DNA of 63,449 nucleotides, filler included, from Rhabdomonas costata (Eukaryota): the NCBI GenBank assembly GCA_019059605.1. It is 32 parts of 32 records of this genome, joined end to end, with 100 filler letters (N's around TTAATTAATTAA, not from the genome) between each part and the next. Parts side by side here need not be neighbours in the genome. Positions count along the whole stretch, not along the records: positions 11,926 to 13,806 come from JAHMHO010007749.1; positions 13,907 to 15,793 come from JAHMHO010007750.1; positions 15,894 to 17,779 come from JAHMHO010007751.1; positions 17,880 to 19,762 come from JAHMHO010007752.1; positions 19,863 to 21,749 come from JAHMHO010007753.1; positions 21,850 to 23,736 come from JAHMHO010007754.1; 26 more parts are not named here. One strand, written 5' to 3'. Below the pieces are notes generated by a model, which searched no databases, had not been told where the DNA came from, and saw only the letters and a list, made by a program, of their open reading frames with translations. This document shows positions 12,249 to 22,809 of this stretch, one piece after another. The translations under genes were made by a program, and so were the position numbers. Each line of letters starts with the position of its first letter. Within the stretch, counting starts at the first letter, position 1.

Positions 12249-13806
12249 CGTGGGTGTTCCTGACGTCGATGACCGGGGGGCTGGTGGCGGGGCTGGACGC
12301 CGGGCTAATCTACAATGAGTGGCCCACCATGGCGGGCAAGCTGGTGCCCCTGCAGGAGCTCTACCTGCTTCACCCGTGGTTCCGCAACCTCTTCGACCAC
12401 GACGCCACTGTGCAGTTCCACCACCGAATGGCCGTACGCAGGGGAGGGGGGGGTCAGGGCGGAGAGGTTGGAGTTTGGACTGCATCAATCGTCCGCCCTG
12501 ACGTGTGTCGTGCAGAAATCCGGGGGCGGCTCATTGAAACAACCCCACGTTGGCCTGATCGTGACAAAGTTCTGCAATTGCATTTGCGGTTTCTGACGGA
12601 ACCAATTCCATCTGCACGCTTTCGTATGTGATGACACCTGCGTTGATACTGCCCTGCGTGCCCTGAGAGGATGTCTAGCACCTTTTCCTTTCCTTTCCTT
12701 TCCTTTCCCTTCCTTTCCTTTCCTTTGCTGTTGCTGCGCAGGCGTACGTCACGGTGCTGCTGGTGGGTGGCCTGTCGGTGCTCTCTCTGAGGACCCCGCT
12801 TCCTCCTAATGTACGTCGTCAAGGGGGCTGAGTGTGACGTTTGGTAGCGAATACGGATCCCACCAGCGTCGAGAGGAAAGGAAAGGAACAGGAAGCGAAG
12901 GGTGCACGGACTCGAATTGTTGATGGTTGTCACCGAATCAACCCGATCTATGAGTGCCGTGTTGCGAACAAAATACGTGCGAGGCAGGCAGCTCTGTTAC
13001 ACATATTCAGTTTTGGCTGGGAAGAGTCGTGCGTGATGGGCTTGGTCATCGGCTTGCGTTAGATTACTACTTTTGCGTCACTGAGAGCCCTGTGTATGTT
13101 TTTCTGCTGAACCGCCGTGCTTGGCACCCCGTTTGTGCCTGCATGCCCTTGAAGTTTGGTCACTTAGGTAAAAAAAAAAAGAAACATAATGCCGATGCTG
13201 AGGGGAAGTTGAACCAACAAACAGACATATTACGCTTTTTTCAGATTTTAGATTCCCTGCCTGCGGGCACCTCTTTCGCTTTCTATCAGTCATGAGCGGC
13301 TGGGGTTACAGACAGTGCCGTGCCCTGTGCTTTTCCTGTGTATTGGACTTGCCTTCACCATTTTTCTTGCACTGCAGATTACCCTGGCCCTCCGTGCGGT
13401 GCAGTTGGCAGTGGTTCTTCAGGTCCGTGTGTGTCACCGTGATTCCCGATGAGGGGCTTTCTGCGGCTTTCCCGCCCTCACTGTCTTTCGCATCATCGTC
13501 AAATGGTGGAGTAGTTTTCGGAACCACGACATACTTTATACCCGAAAATACATTGCAGACCGTTGCTCCGTGCAACGGTCTGCAAACTGGCAGGGCTCGG
13601 CACGCGTGGTTTGATTCATGGGATGCGTGTGGCTGTGCGTGCGTTGGGAGCTGAGGAACGACCCGTTCGGCTCCGATGATTTCTCTCAGCTCACCCTGGG
13701 CATCACCACTCTGCTGTACGGCGCTCCCACTCACCTCGCCGCGACGCACCAGGCCGGCGCGCTGACCCTGTACACCACCCTGCTGATCCTGGCGTTCACC
13801 CACCCC
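12249..13806 (+). CDS. COX15: Heme A synthase COX15, C-terminal exons 12249-12433, 12742-12810, 13378-13422, 13690-13806 (partial)
   Basis: Spliced product GGLVAGLDAGLIYNEWPTM...NLFDHDATVQFHHRMA|AYVTV...PLPPN|ITLALRAVQLAVVLQ|LTLGITTLLYGAPTHLAATHQAGAL. All introns are GT-AG and in phase. Confidence 0.95.
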
Positions 13807-13979
13807 NNNNNNNNNNNNNNNNNNNNNNNNNNNNNNNNNNNNNNNNNNNNTTAATTAATTAANNNNNNNNNNNNNNNNNNNNNNNNNNNNNNNNNNNNNN
13901 NNNNNNTGGTGGGGTGGGAAAAGGAGCAGGGATAAAGCCAGTTTAGAAAAAACAGGAGCAAACAGAACAATACACATAC

Positions 13980-14032
13980 TTGTCGTTTAAGTTGCTGACG
14001 TATAGCGTCTGCTGGGGAGGAATACCAGCCAT
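13980..14032 (-). CDS. First exon of U1A/U2B'' snRNP RRM protein
   Basis: MAGIPPQQTLYVSNLNDK matches the family N-terminus (PNxTxYxNNLNxK) and is followed by a GTATGT donor. Confidence 0.75.
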
Positions 14033-15893
14033 TTGTTCAACAAAAACAAAGAAAAAACACCCAGTGTAAAGTGGACAAGAGGGAAGGAGGAAGCTGCAAC
14101 AAAAAGTATGCCAACTGCAAATCAAACGAGCTCTCTGAATCCCTAGCGCACACGGCGACCGAAGACCTTCAATGTCGACATTTGTGCGTTGCTTGCCATA
14201 TCGTCGTCTTTGGAAATACATTGGTGTTCATTATCGCCCTTTTCTGCCATCACAAATAGAATCATCGCCAAGCAGTTTTTTCTTTTTAAAAGGATGACTA
14301 CAACGTACGGCATGAAAATGGTTTTGTGTGGTTTAATGTCACAAAACAACGCCAAAAATTGGCCTAAATTAACCACAGGTTGGGTGTTGCTTTTAGTTCA
14401 TTTTCTTCAAGGTAAGAAAACAATTCCTTCCTTTTACTGTGTGGGGCTGTATCAGAGACGGGGAAGGCAGATTCCGAACGGCGTCGGCTGCCAAAATGAA
14501 TGGTCAGCCAGAGGTCGAAGATGACCCTATTCTTGTGGGTGTGGTATTTTCAATTTATTTTATATTTCTTACACATGATTTTTGTTCGGTTTTCGTCACA
14601 CTAACAAATTCTGTCTGTGCCGTTGCAGAACCGACCGACTATCATTTAAATAATAATTTTTTATTGCATCACACTGGAGGTGCTGAATTAAGAAGAAAAA
14701 CTTTTTCAAAGAGTGGGTTTTTCTCTGGGCAGACCTAAAGTAGGACACGAGTTGACAATCACGTGCGAAGGGATCCTAGGGACGTTCTACCGACATTGGA
14801 GACGAAGGCTGTCCTTCCTGGATCCTCCCATTCGGTTCCGTCTGTTGGTGTCTGTTGGTGGTTGGCGGAGGTCGTGCGCTTCGCTGAGCTTCTGGGCCCC
14901 AGGCATCCGTGGTCTCCACTGCCACTGCCGTACATCCACCAGTGCTTCGCGCACTCCCGCGCTGCCTCGGAGTGAAGCTTGGCCGACTCCCGTTGGGCTG
15001 CCATTTGACATCCCCTGTCGCTGTTGCAGAGGAAGGACGCAGAGAATGCACCGCAGACACATCGCCCACCAGTGATTTCGTTAGACTCCGTGAGGAGCAC
15101 GTCCAGACGAAAGGTCCTACTCTACTCTTTGGCCAAAGCGTCATGGAGCAGGTTGTGCCTTTGGTGGCTTTCCGGTCAGGACTTCGTTTTTTTTTCTGTT
15201 GTTGCAAGGTTTCACAAGGTTCCACAACCCGCGCAGGCGAGATGACAGATTCGGCTCCCGCGTGGGAGCCGTCTGGATACCAGGCGTCCGGACGTTTCCG
15301 GAACTTAAAAAGTTCCGGAACTGCCTCCACTATGAGGGATTGTACGGTCACCGAGAAGGAAAAGGGGGGCCACAGGTGCGTACATTTGCGTGACTTCAGT
15401 GCCCCACTAGCACCTTGGAGGCGTCGCGGCTGCGTAACAAACCAGCGATCAGCGATAGCGGTCTAGTGGAAGAGCGGTCTAGGCTGTTAAATGCGATGCT
15501 TAAGTCCAGAAGAAGGTCCGCGACACCCCGGAGTACAACCAGTCCTGACCTTGACCTTGTGGATGATGGACTCTGTGGCATCTGAAATTCCTGAGCAGTG
15601 CCAGGTGCGCAACAATCGACGCCAGCCGGAGCCACGTCTCACCTCACCCACGGACACAACCCGTTGTTTTGGCTCCCTTCTTTGACCTTGATGGTGGAAT
15701 TTTCCTCTGGTGAGGTAGGTAGGCAGATGTAATTCCCCTCTCGCTCACCAAGCACGCCTCGTCCCCGCCGTACCAGTGCTTTTGCCTGATCTTNNNNNNN
15801 NNNNNNNNNNNNNNNNNNNNNNNNNNNNNNNNNNNNNTTAATTAATTAANNNNNNNNNNNNNNNNNNNNNNNNNNNNNNNNNNNNNNNNNNNN

Positions 15894-17204
15894 GTTGGTG
15901 GTGATTGTCTCCTGCTGCGGGGACACCTTTTGCGAACAATGTATCAGAGCATGTCTTTCTTTGGGTGGGCCTCTCAAACAAGTAAACCTAAGACATTCAC
16001 GGAAGTTATCCAAGCACGCTGCTGTTCGGGAGAACACCATTCTCACGAGGGTCGAAGTGAAAATCGACTCTTTGATTTTCAAAGGTCCTGCATCTGTTTA
16101 TTTTGGGGAAATGATACTTGAGGTGGATGGCCTCATTGCTGTTGTATCGACATCTGCCCTCAGTAGGGCTGGAAATCAAACAAAAGGGTTATAACATGTG
16201 TTGGGGTTGACATGGGCCCAGGCCTGCGCCAGGCCATATCCCGGAACAAGAACCGCTGCCCTTCCTGCAAGGAGCCCCTGGACGAGTCCACCCAGATGCT
16301 CCCAAACAGCAGAATACGAGACCTGGTGGCCGACTTCCGCAGGCGTGCTGAACAGTTTTGCATGGCCTTTCTGCGTGACCTCTTTATCTGAGTTTGAGAT
16401 CTTGCAGCAGCAGCAGCAGGAGCACGTTTACGCACTTTTAGCACTTTTAGCATCTTTCACGGGAAATCAGAACGAGTATTCAGATTTTTTTTTGCCTTTT
16501 CAGTTCAGAAATATTCCTCTTCCGGGTGGGCGTTTGGTCGTATTCCTAGAAAAGGTTGGTCTCACAGGCTGGAGGGGTGGCCTTGTGTGTGTTGTGTGCA
16601 GACAAAACGACCTTCCTGACGGACCCATTTCCGACAGTGACCTGAGGCAGCTGGACAAGGCCTCTTCCGCAATGGAGGCTGTGGCAAAGGTTTTCCCAGA
16701 TATTCCTGGAGTGCAAGCGCGACCTGTAATCTTGCCGTTCTCATGCATAATCATCATAAGAAGACGGGCTTCTCCGCAAGCCTGGTCTCGTGCCCAAATC
16801 AATAAAACTTGCCTTCTCTGAGCTTCTTGTCTCCTTTGACTCCTTTGACTGAGAGTTCATTCATAATAGTTCCACTCCAGTGCATTAATATTTTCTTGTG
16901 ATACTGGTGTAGCACCTAGGATCGGGCGGTGTCCCATTGCGTGTGTACATCGCGCCCGTTTACAGAGTTCAGAGTTATCAATGCTTGTTGGTTGGTTTGT
17001 ATTCTTCGTTCCAAAAGCTATCAGATAAAAACCAACAAATCATCACCTACCGCCGCACGCTTCCCCACCGTCTGCGCGAGGTGATGTTGCTGTTGGGGGG
17101 GGGGGGGTAGGCAAACGCGCAACCTGAGTGTCCTCGAGCTGTATGGTGGCCTGCTGAAGGGCTGCCTGAAGGTCCACCCCGGGGCCAAGGAGTTCCTCCA
17201 GGAT
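15894..17204 (+). CDS. RING-finger protein (RBBP6/Mpe1-like RING), exons 15894-15940, 16222-16342, 16602-16689, about 17111-17204
   Basis: VVIVSCCGDTFCEQC|LRQAISRNKNRCPSCKEPL...MLPNSRIRDLV; the Cys codon is split in phase across a GT-AG intron. Confidence 0.65.
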
Positions 17205-17879
17205 GTAGTAGTGACCCTTACTCTCGGGATCCTCACCGATCCACTGTCAAGGCCAAAGCATACAAATCACAATTTAAAAAACCTGAAAGCGGCCTCCAAC
17301 GCACACAGCCCAGAAACAAAAGCCGTCGGGTGCACATGTGCGGTGGAAACCCGAGGCGTGCAGCCTCTATCGGACATGCACCAAAAAAATCCAGCCGCAA
17401 TGACAGGACAACGGAAAGAAACTCGGATGGGACTGGCAAAAACCCAATACCCTACATCGAATCGAAGATACGACAGGACACAACAAGACGGCCATGTGAC
17501 GTTGCTGTGAGCATGTACTCAGCGCATAGTGCGCTGGTTGATGCAGACCTGATATCTCGGTCCCCCGAATGTTTATTTCACGAAGTACAGACCGTCCGCG
17601 TGTGCGCATGTGTCCGTGGGGGATTGCATTTCGGGGCAACCTTTGCCCTGGAGAAGTTCTGGTTGGCCGCGATGGAGAGCGAGCGGCTGGCAGAGCGGAA
17701 GTCGTAGGTTGTCATCACGGCGCCCGTGGGGAAGTGGGCGTGAGGGTTGTGCCCCACAGGGCTGGGAAACAGCCAACAANNNNNNNNNNNNNNNNNNNNN
17801 NNNNNNNNNNNNNNNNNNNNNNNTTAATTAATTAANNNNNNNNNNNNNNNNNNNNNNNNNNNNNNNNNNNNNNNNNNNN

Positions 17880-18624
17880 TATTATCTTTCATTCCTTTTA
17901 AACATTTTTTAACAGTCTCTTTAATTTTGTCTAACGTGCATTCATAAAATTCTCTGTTGTTTCTGTATCTATATTTATACAATAGTGATTTAACGCATAA
18001 TTCTAATTGTATTGGACAATCAACATTGATATAATATAACACATCTACATTATCAACGATAGAAGTATTATATGTTCCTGTCCTCTCATTCATTCCTTCA
18101 GATATTCCTATTTTTAATATTCCATCTTTGTTTGTTTTAATAACATAAAATAATCCTCCTTTTGGATATTTCTCTTTTTTTAAATTATTCTTTATTTTTT
18201 CATATTCTTTTTGGATATAATTTAACATATTTTGAACATTTTTTATTTTACTGTCATATTTTTTCTTTAATTCGTAATATCCATATTTACGAATTGAAGG
18301 AATAACATCCCGAGTTATCCATGATTTAAAATCTTTACATACTTTTAAACGACAAGATAACAATAAAGAATATAACCCAGATTCATTAATATACACTGAT
18401 TGAGGATGTTTATCAATATTGTATTTGATTTTTATATTTTTTAATTGAATTTTATCTATTTTATCAACAAGTCTAATTATGGCATCTTTTGGATTTTTAT
18501 ATTTTAACACTTTACATAATTCTTTTGCATTAAACCAGATTACTTGTTTGTTGGCAATTATGATATCAATTTTACCATTGTTGAATACAATAAAGCCATT
18601 TTTTGTGTCAATAATATTGTTCAT
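17880..18624 (-). CDS. Bro-N + T5orf172/MUG113 (GIY-YIG-like) domain protein, giant-virus type, 3'-truncated
   Basis: WFNAKELCKVLKYKNPKDAI...YINESGLYSLLL...FKSWIT.DVIPSIRKYGYY (Bro-N), then FYVIK...LKIGIS...R..TYNT...LE.CVK..L..YR...NREFY. The gene is very AT-rich and intronless. Confidence 0.9.
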
Positions 18625-18668
18625 TATATAATACGAACATATTATTTTTGATGAAATATATATGTCAA

Positions 18669-18719
18669 ATAGCTATATATAAAGGGTATGGATAAGCCAT
18701 ACCCTTTATATATAGCTAT
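18669..18719. repeat. Perfect 23-bp internal hairpin upstream of the Bro-N gene
   Basis: ATAGCTATATATAAAGGGTATGG-ATAAG-CCATACCCTTTATATATAGCTAT. It is internal to the contig and has imperfect complementary flanks. Confidence 0.9.
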
Positions 18720-18789
18720 AATATTTTTATCAAAAAACATTAGAATCATATCTTAGACATACAGTAGGGGTTTTACCAGTAATTGATAA

Positions 18790-19350
18790 ATTGAGTATAT
18801 TCAAAAAATAAATTCAAAAAAGCCGAAATGTAATTGGGTTCACATTACCTTTGGTAATTACTTATGTGTCTAATAATGATTCTAATTATATTTTTAATAT
18901 AATCATCTTTACTCATGTTTCTTATTATGTTTTTGAGTATATTTTCTAAATATACATTACTAATGTACCTATTGTTTTGGGTCAGCATGGCCTTTGGCCA
19001 TGCTCAAATCCGGTCTTTACTTATGTGTCTAATTATGATTTGAGTATAATTATCTTTACTCATGTTTCTGATTATATTTTTGAGTATATTCAATAAATAT
19101 ATTCAAAATTAATCTTACTAATGTACCTAAATATGTCTTTGGATTGCATGGCCAAAGGCCATGCTCATTTCCGGCTTTTATTTATGTGTATAATTATGAT
19201 TCAAGTATAGTCATTAAATATGTATATATTAGTCTTTACTTGTATTTCTGATTATATTTTTGAGTATATTTAATTAATAAATTCAAAAATAACTTTACCT
19301 AAATATGTTTTGGGGTGAGCATTGCCAAAGGCAATGCTCCAAATGGTCTT
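18790..19350. repeat. Array of about 3.5 degenerate direct repeats (140-173 bp), each with a palindrome richer in GC than its flanks
   Basis: Shared blocks TTATGTGT.TAAT.ATGATT, TCTTTACT and TTGAGTATATT; palindromes at 18844-18858, 18984-19004, 19146-19164, 19317-19339. Confidence 0.9.
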
Positions 19351-19513
19351 ACAAATGTATATTCATTAATTTATATATGTATTTGAGTACATATATAAAA
19401 AGCCTGATAATATATGTTTGTAGACAAAATTATTGTAACATTATATGTATGATATATTATATTTAAAAAGAATCAAGATGATATAAAGATTAAAACATTA
19501 TAAAAAAATAAAA

Positions 19514-19762
19514 ATGAACGAACTAACGAAATTTCTAAAACAATATGAATGTGAGAAGGAGGCAACACATACAATGATGAAATGTAAAAAATGGATAAGC
19601 CCCGGAAAATGGCAAATACCCAAAGAAAGACAAAATGAATTTTATACATTATATTCAAAAGAAAAAGAATATGCATTTATTGAACGACATGATAAAGATA
19701 CATCACCAATAATAATAGATATTGATATAAATCAAGAAGATGATATAAGGAGAACAACCACA
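19514..19762 (+). CDS. N-terminus of NCLDV D5-like primase (AEP/primase-polymerase domain), truncated by the contig end
   Basis: FL..Y...THT.M...PGKW.IP...EFY.LY...Y.F.ER...SPIIIDID (AEP motif I hhDhD); clearly homologous to the ORF starting at 36829. Confidence 0.75.
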
Positions 19763-21898
19763 NNNNNNNNNNNNNNNNNNNNNNNNNNNNNNNNNNNNNN
19801 NNNNNNTTAATTAATTAANNNNNNNNNNNNNNNNNNNNNNNNNNNNNNNNNNNNNNNNNNNNGTTGGTGTGTTTGGTTTGGTGGGTCGCCAGTGGGGGTC
19901 CGCCAGAACCGCGGCAAGGGACGGGCACAGAGCGGCGCCACAGCTGCTGAGATAGATACAGAGATAACTTCAAGTGATCGACACAATAATCTACAAATGC
20001 TCCGACATGAGGAGTAAAAGAATTTTGGTGGCCAGGATCACAGCTTCGGCCCTTTGCACGCCATCATAAAAATGCAAATTGGCAGTCCTCATGGAGAAGG
20101 GAGCACTGCAGAGAATTAGGGGGACGGTGCAGGACTGGTTGGTGTTGGATTTCGTCCGATGATTTGCAGGGGAAAGTGACCATTGCGCACGAATGTCCGG
20201 CAGCAGACGAGCTCCCCCTTTCAAAAGAGTGACCTCCACCGTTAGCTCTGGAAAGGGTCCGAGTGCCTCCAGGGTCAGCGTATGCGATACAAGCAAACAA
20301 AGAAACCCACATTGAGAAGATACAACAACAGAACTTCATCAGAGGTTGTGGCTCGCGTTTGAAAAGTCAGAGATGGCCCAAAGAAGCCGGAGGCAGCTTG
20401 AAGAACACACAGGGTTGTGAGCAAGGCCACCTAAGCTCAGCACCTAACATCGGGGCGGTGTTCCGGTTCGTCAGTTCGTGTGCACATCGCCTGCTTATGC
20501 GTGTCCTAGTGCGTGCATGCTCCCTCTTGGTAGGTGGGTCCCAGTGTGTTGTGTCCATGCCGACTCTTCCTGCTCCGTCCCTCCCCTGATGGTGACAAAA
20601 CGCCATGTCACCAGTGGTAGAAGTGAGCCAGAAACTACATCCGATGGAATCATGCGAGCATATGTTCACTCAAACCGGAGGAAAGATGCTGCTGCCATAC
20701 TCCCGGTACCTGAACCGTTGGTAGTACTCAGAGACAACCACCATGGGAAGGAGAATGGAAGATCGCCCCGATGGTGAGTGTGAATGACACTAGGCACCGG
20801 AAGTGGCCACTGGGGGCAACACCGAATCCCGAGAAACAAATTCCATCCAGCCGAAGGCGCATCGAGTATGACCATAGCTAACGCTCAGCCGAGATATAGA
20901 AAAGAAAGATGTGCGGGAACAGCCCTCTAACGGCCCTCATGAGGTCTGTGGTTTATTATGTTCTGGTGCGTGGCCAATGACAGAAACCGACAGCGCAGGA
21001 AGCCCTTCGCAGTTGGAACCATGTGCAAGTCATGGTTTGCTGAAGAAGTAACCGTTTTGTTTTCTTGCCTTCACGTGCGCAGGCGTGAGGAACCTGAAAA
21101 TGAACCACCACGTTAGAAAACGGGAAGACAACTCGGCGCTGACCTGCGGCTCACCACTGCTCGGGAGGTGCCCTCCTCCTCTTTGGGATCCGTGGGCTCT
21201 GCGAAGTGCTGCGCCAGGAAGCTCCGCAGCACCAGCCCCAGAGGGGGGCTCATCGTCAGCCCCAGCACTGCCCCCACACCCACACCGAACGGCAGCCCAA
21301 GCCCCAAGGCCACCGCGGAGCACCGCACTGTGGAGACCAGGCCGGGCTGGTGCCGCACCTCTACCGCGGGGCACCGCGGCGCGGCTCCTTCTTCGGAGAG
21401 TGCTCCCACGGCAGTGGCTCACCCCTAACGGCTCAGAAATCTCCACGCAGGCATATGCAGGTACGCAGGCTGGTCTGTTTCATCCATTCGAGGCACTTCC
21501 TTTGTCCTTTCCACAATCATGTAGGCCACAGTGATTTTTTGGGTTCAGCATTTATACGTAAGAAAAAACCGAAAATGAGAATTCAGAATGTAACTTTTCG
21601 AGCAGAAGTTATTCTTAGCCAACATCTGTGCTTTCGTGGAATCCAGTAATACGCCGAGGTCTGCCCAGTTCACGGTGTAGCCTGCTACATCTTTCCGTTT
21701 CTTTGTTTGTGTACTCATTTCCTGCTGCACAGCACATTTCCAAAAAAACNNNNNNNNNNNNNNNNNNNNNNNNNNNNNNNNNNNNNNNNNNNNTTAATTA
21801 ATTAANNNNNNNNNNNNNNNNNNNNNNNNNNNNNNNNNNNNNNNNNNNNAACCTCTTTTTTGTTGTCTGTGATGCACATCGCTGGCTTTGGGTCTCAG

Positions 21899-22809
21899 AG
21901 CACGGCGGCTTCTGGGGATATTAAGCCATCGGAGGTGAAGATTTTGGTTGTGCCCGGGGGCCATTGCCCGGAGCAGCTGCGGAAGTGCTCGAAGTGCGTG
22001 GAGCTTCTGCGGGCGTGCTACAACGTGTGTGGCGTTGCCAGAAGGAGAAGGAGAGAAAGGGGTGGCCTTTTTTTAGTTTTTGTTCTGGGTTGGGATGCCC
22101 TTCGCTAGTGATCAGATGTTCGGGCTCTTCTCATTGCTCTGCTGAGAAAAGGTGCCCCGCAAAACGATTGCGGTCCGAACCTCTGAACCTCTGAGCAGAT
22201 CAGAGCGATTGGCTTTTTCCTTTGGGCGAGTATTTTCGTTTGGGTTTGTTTTCTAATTCATTTCTCAGGACGGAAAAGGCTCCGTGACGGGAATTATGTA
22301 TGCCACTTCTCTGCTGAGTTGGGTGATTTTCACATCACACTTGACAGATTTTTTCGCAGCCCTTTTTATTTGTGGGGGTGGCACGTTGGTGGGAAGGTCT
22401 GGTGTGTGCTGCACTTTTTTCTTTTTGTGCTCAGCTGCCATGGCGGCTTGTTGGCGGTGAACGCGGGCATCCTTCCTGGTCGCAAGGTCACAGGGTATCC
22501 CGAGATCATGGTCCGCGGATAATATTTTGGCCGTGCTCCTTCCATTTTCGTCTTCTTCTCATACCCTACTCTTGTCGTCTGTCTTTTCACACCCAGCCCC
22601 AATGTGCATTTTCATGTTTTGTTACTTTACTTTTTTTACCCCCACACTCGCAGAGCGATCTTGTGAACGCTGGGGCGAAGTTCACCGAAGAGGAGCGGTG
22701 CGTGACGGACGGCAGGCTTGTGACGGCGCAAATGCCTGATGACCTACCGGCCTTTATGTGCGCCATTCTGAAGGTGGCGAGCGGCACCTGCGGAACCTGC
22801 TGCCAATAA
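21899..22809 (+). CDS. DJ-1/PfpI (YhbO-like) family protein, exons 21899-22024, 22269-22297, 22435-22510, 22654-22809
   Basis: ILVVPGGHCPEQLR...|DGKGSVTGI|ICHGGLLAVNAGILPGRKVTGYPEIM|SDLVNAGAKF...CVTDGRLVTAQMPDDLPAFM...TAA. The catalytic ICHG is rebuilt across a 29-nt microexon. Confidence 0.93.

Noticed and set aside
18790-19350. CRISPR-like array (palindromic repeats at intervals)
   Set aside because: The sequences between palindromes are homologous to each other and 120-150 nt long, so they are not unique spacers; there are no cas genes.
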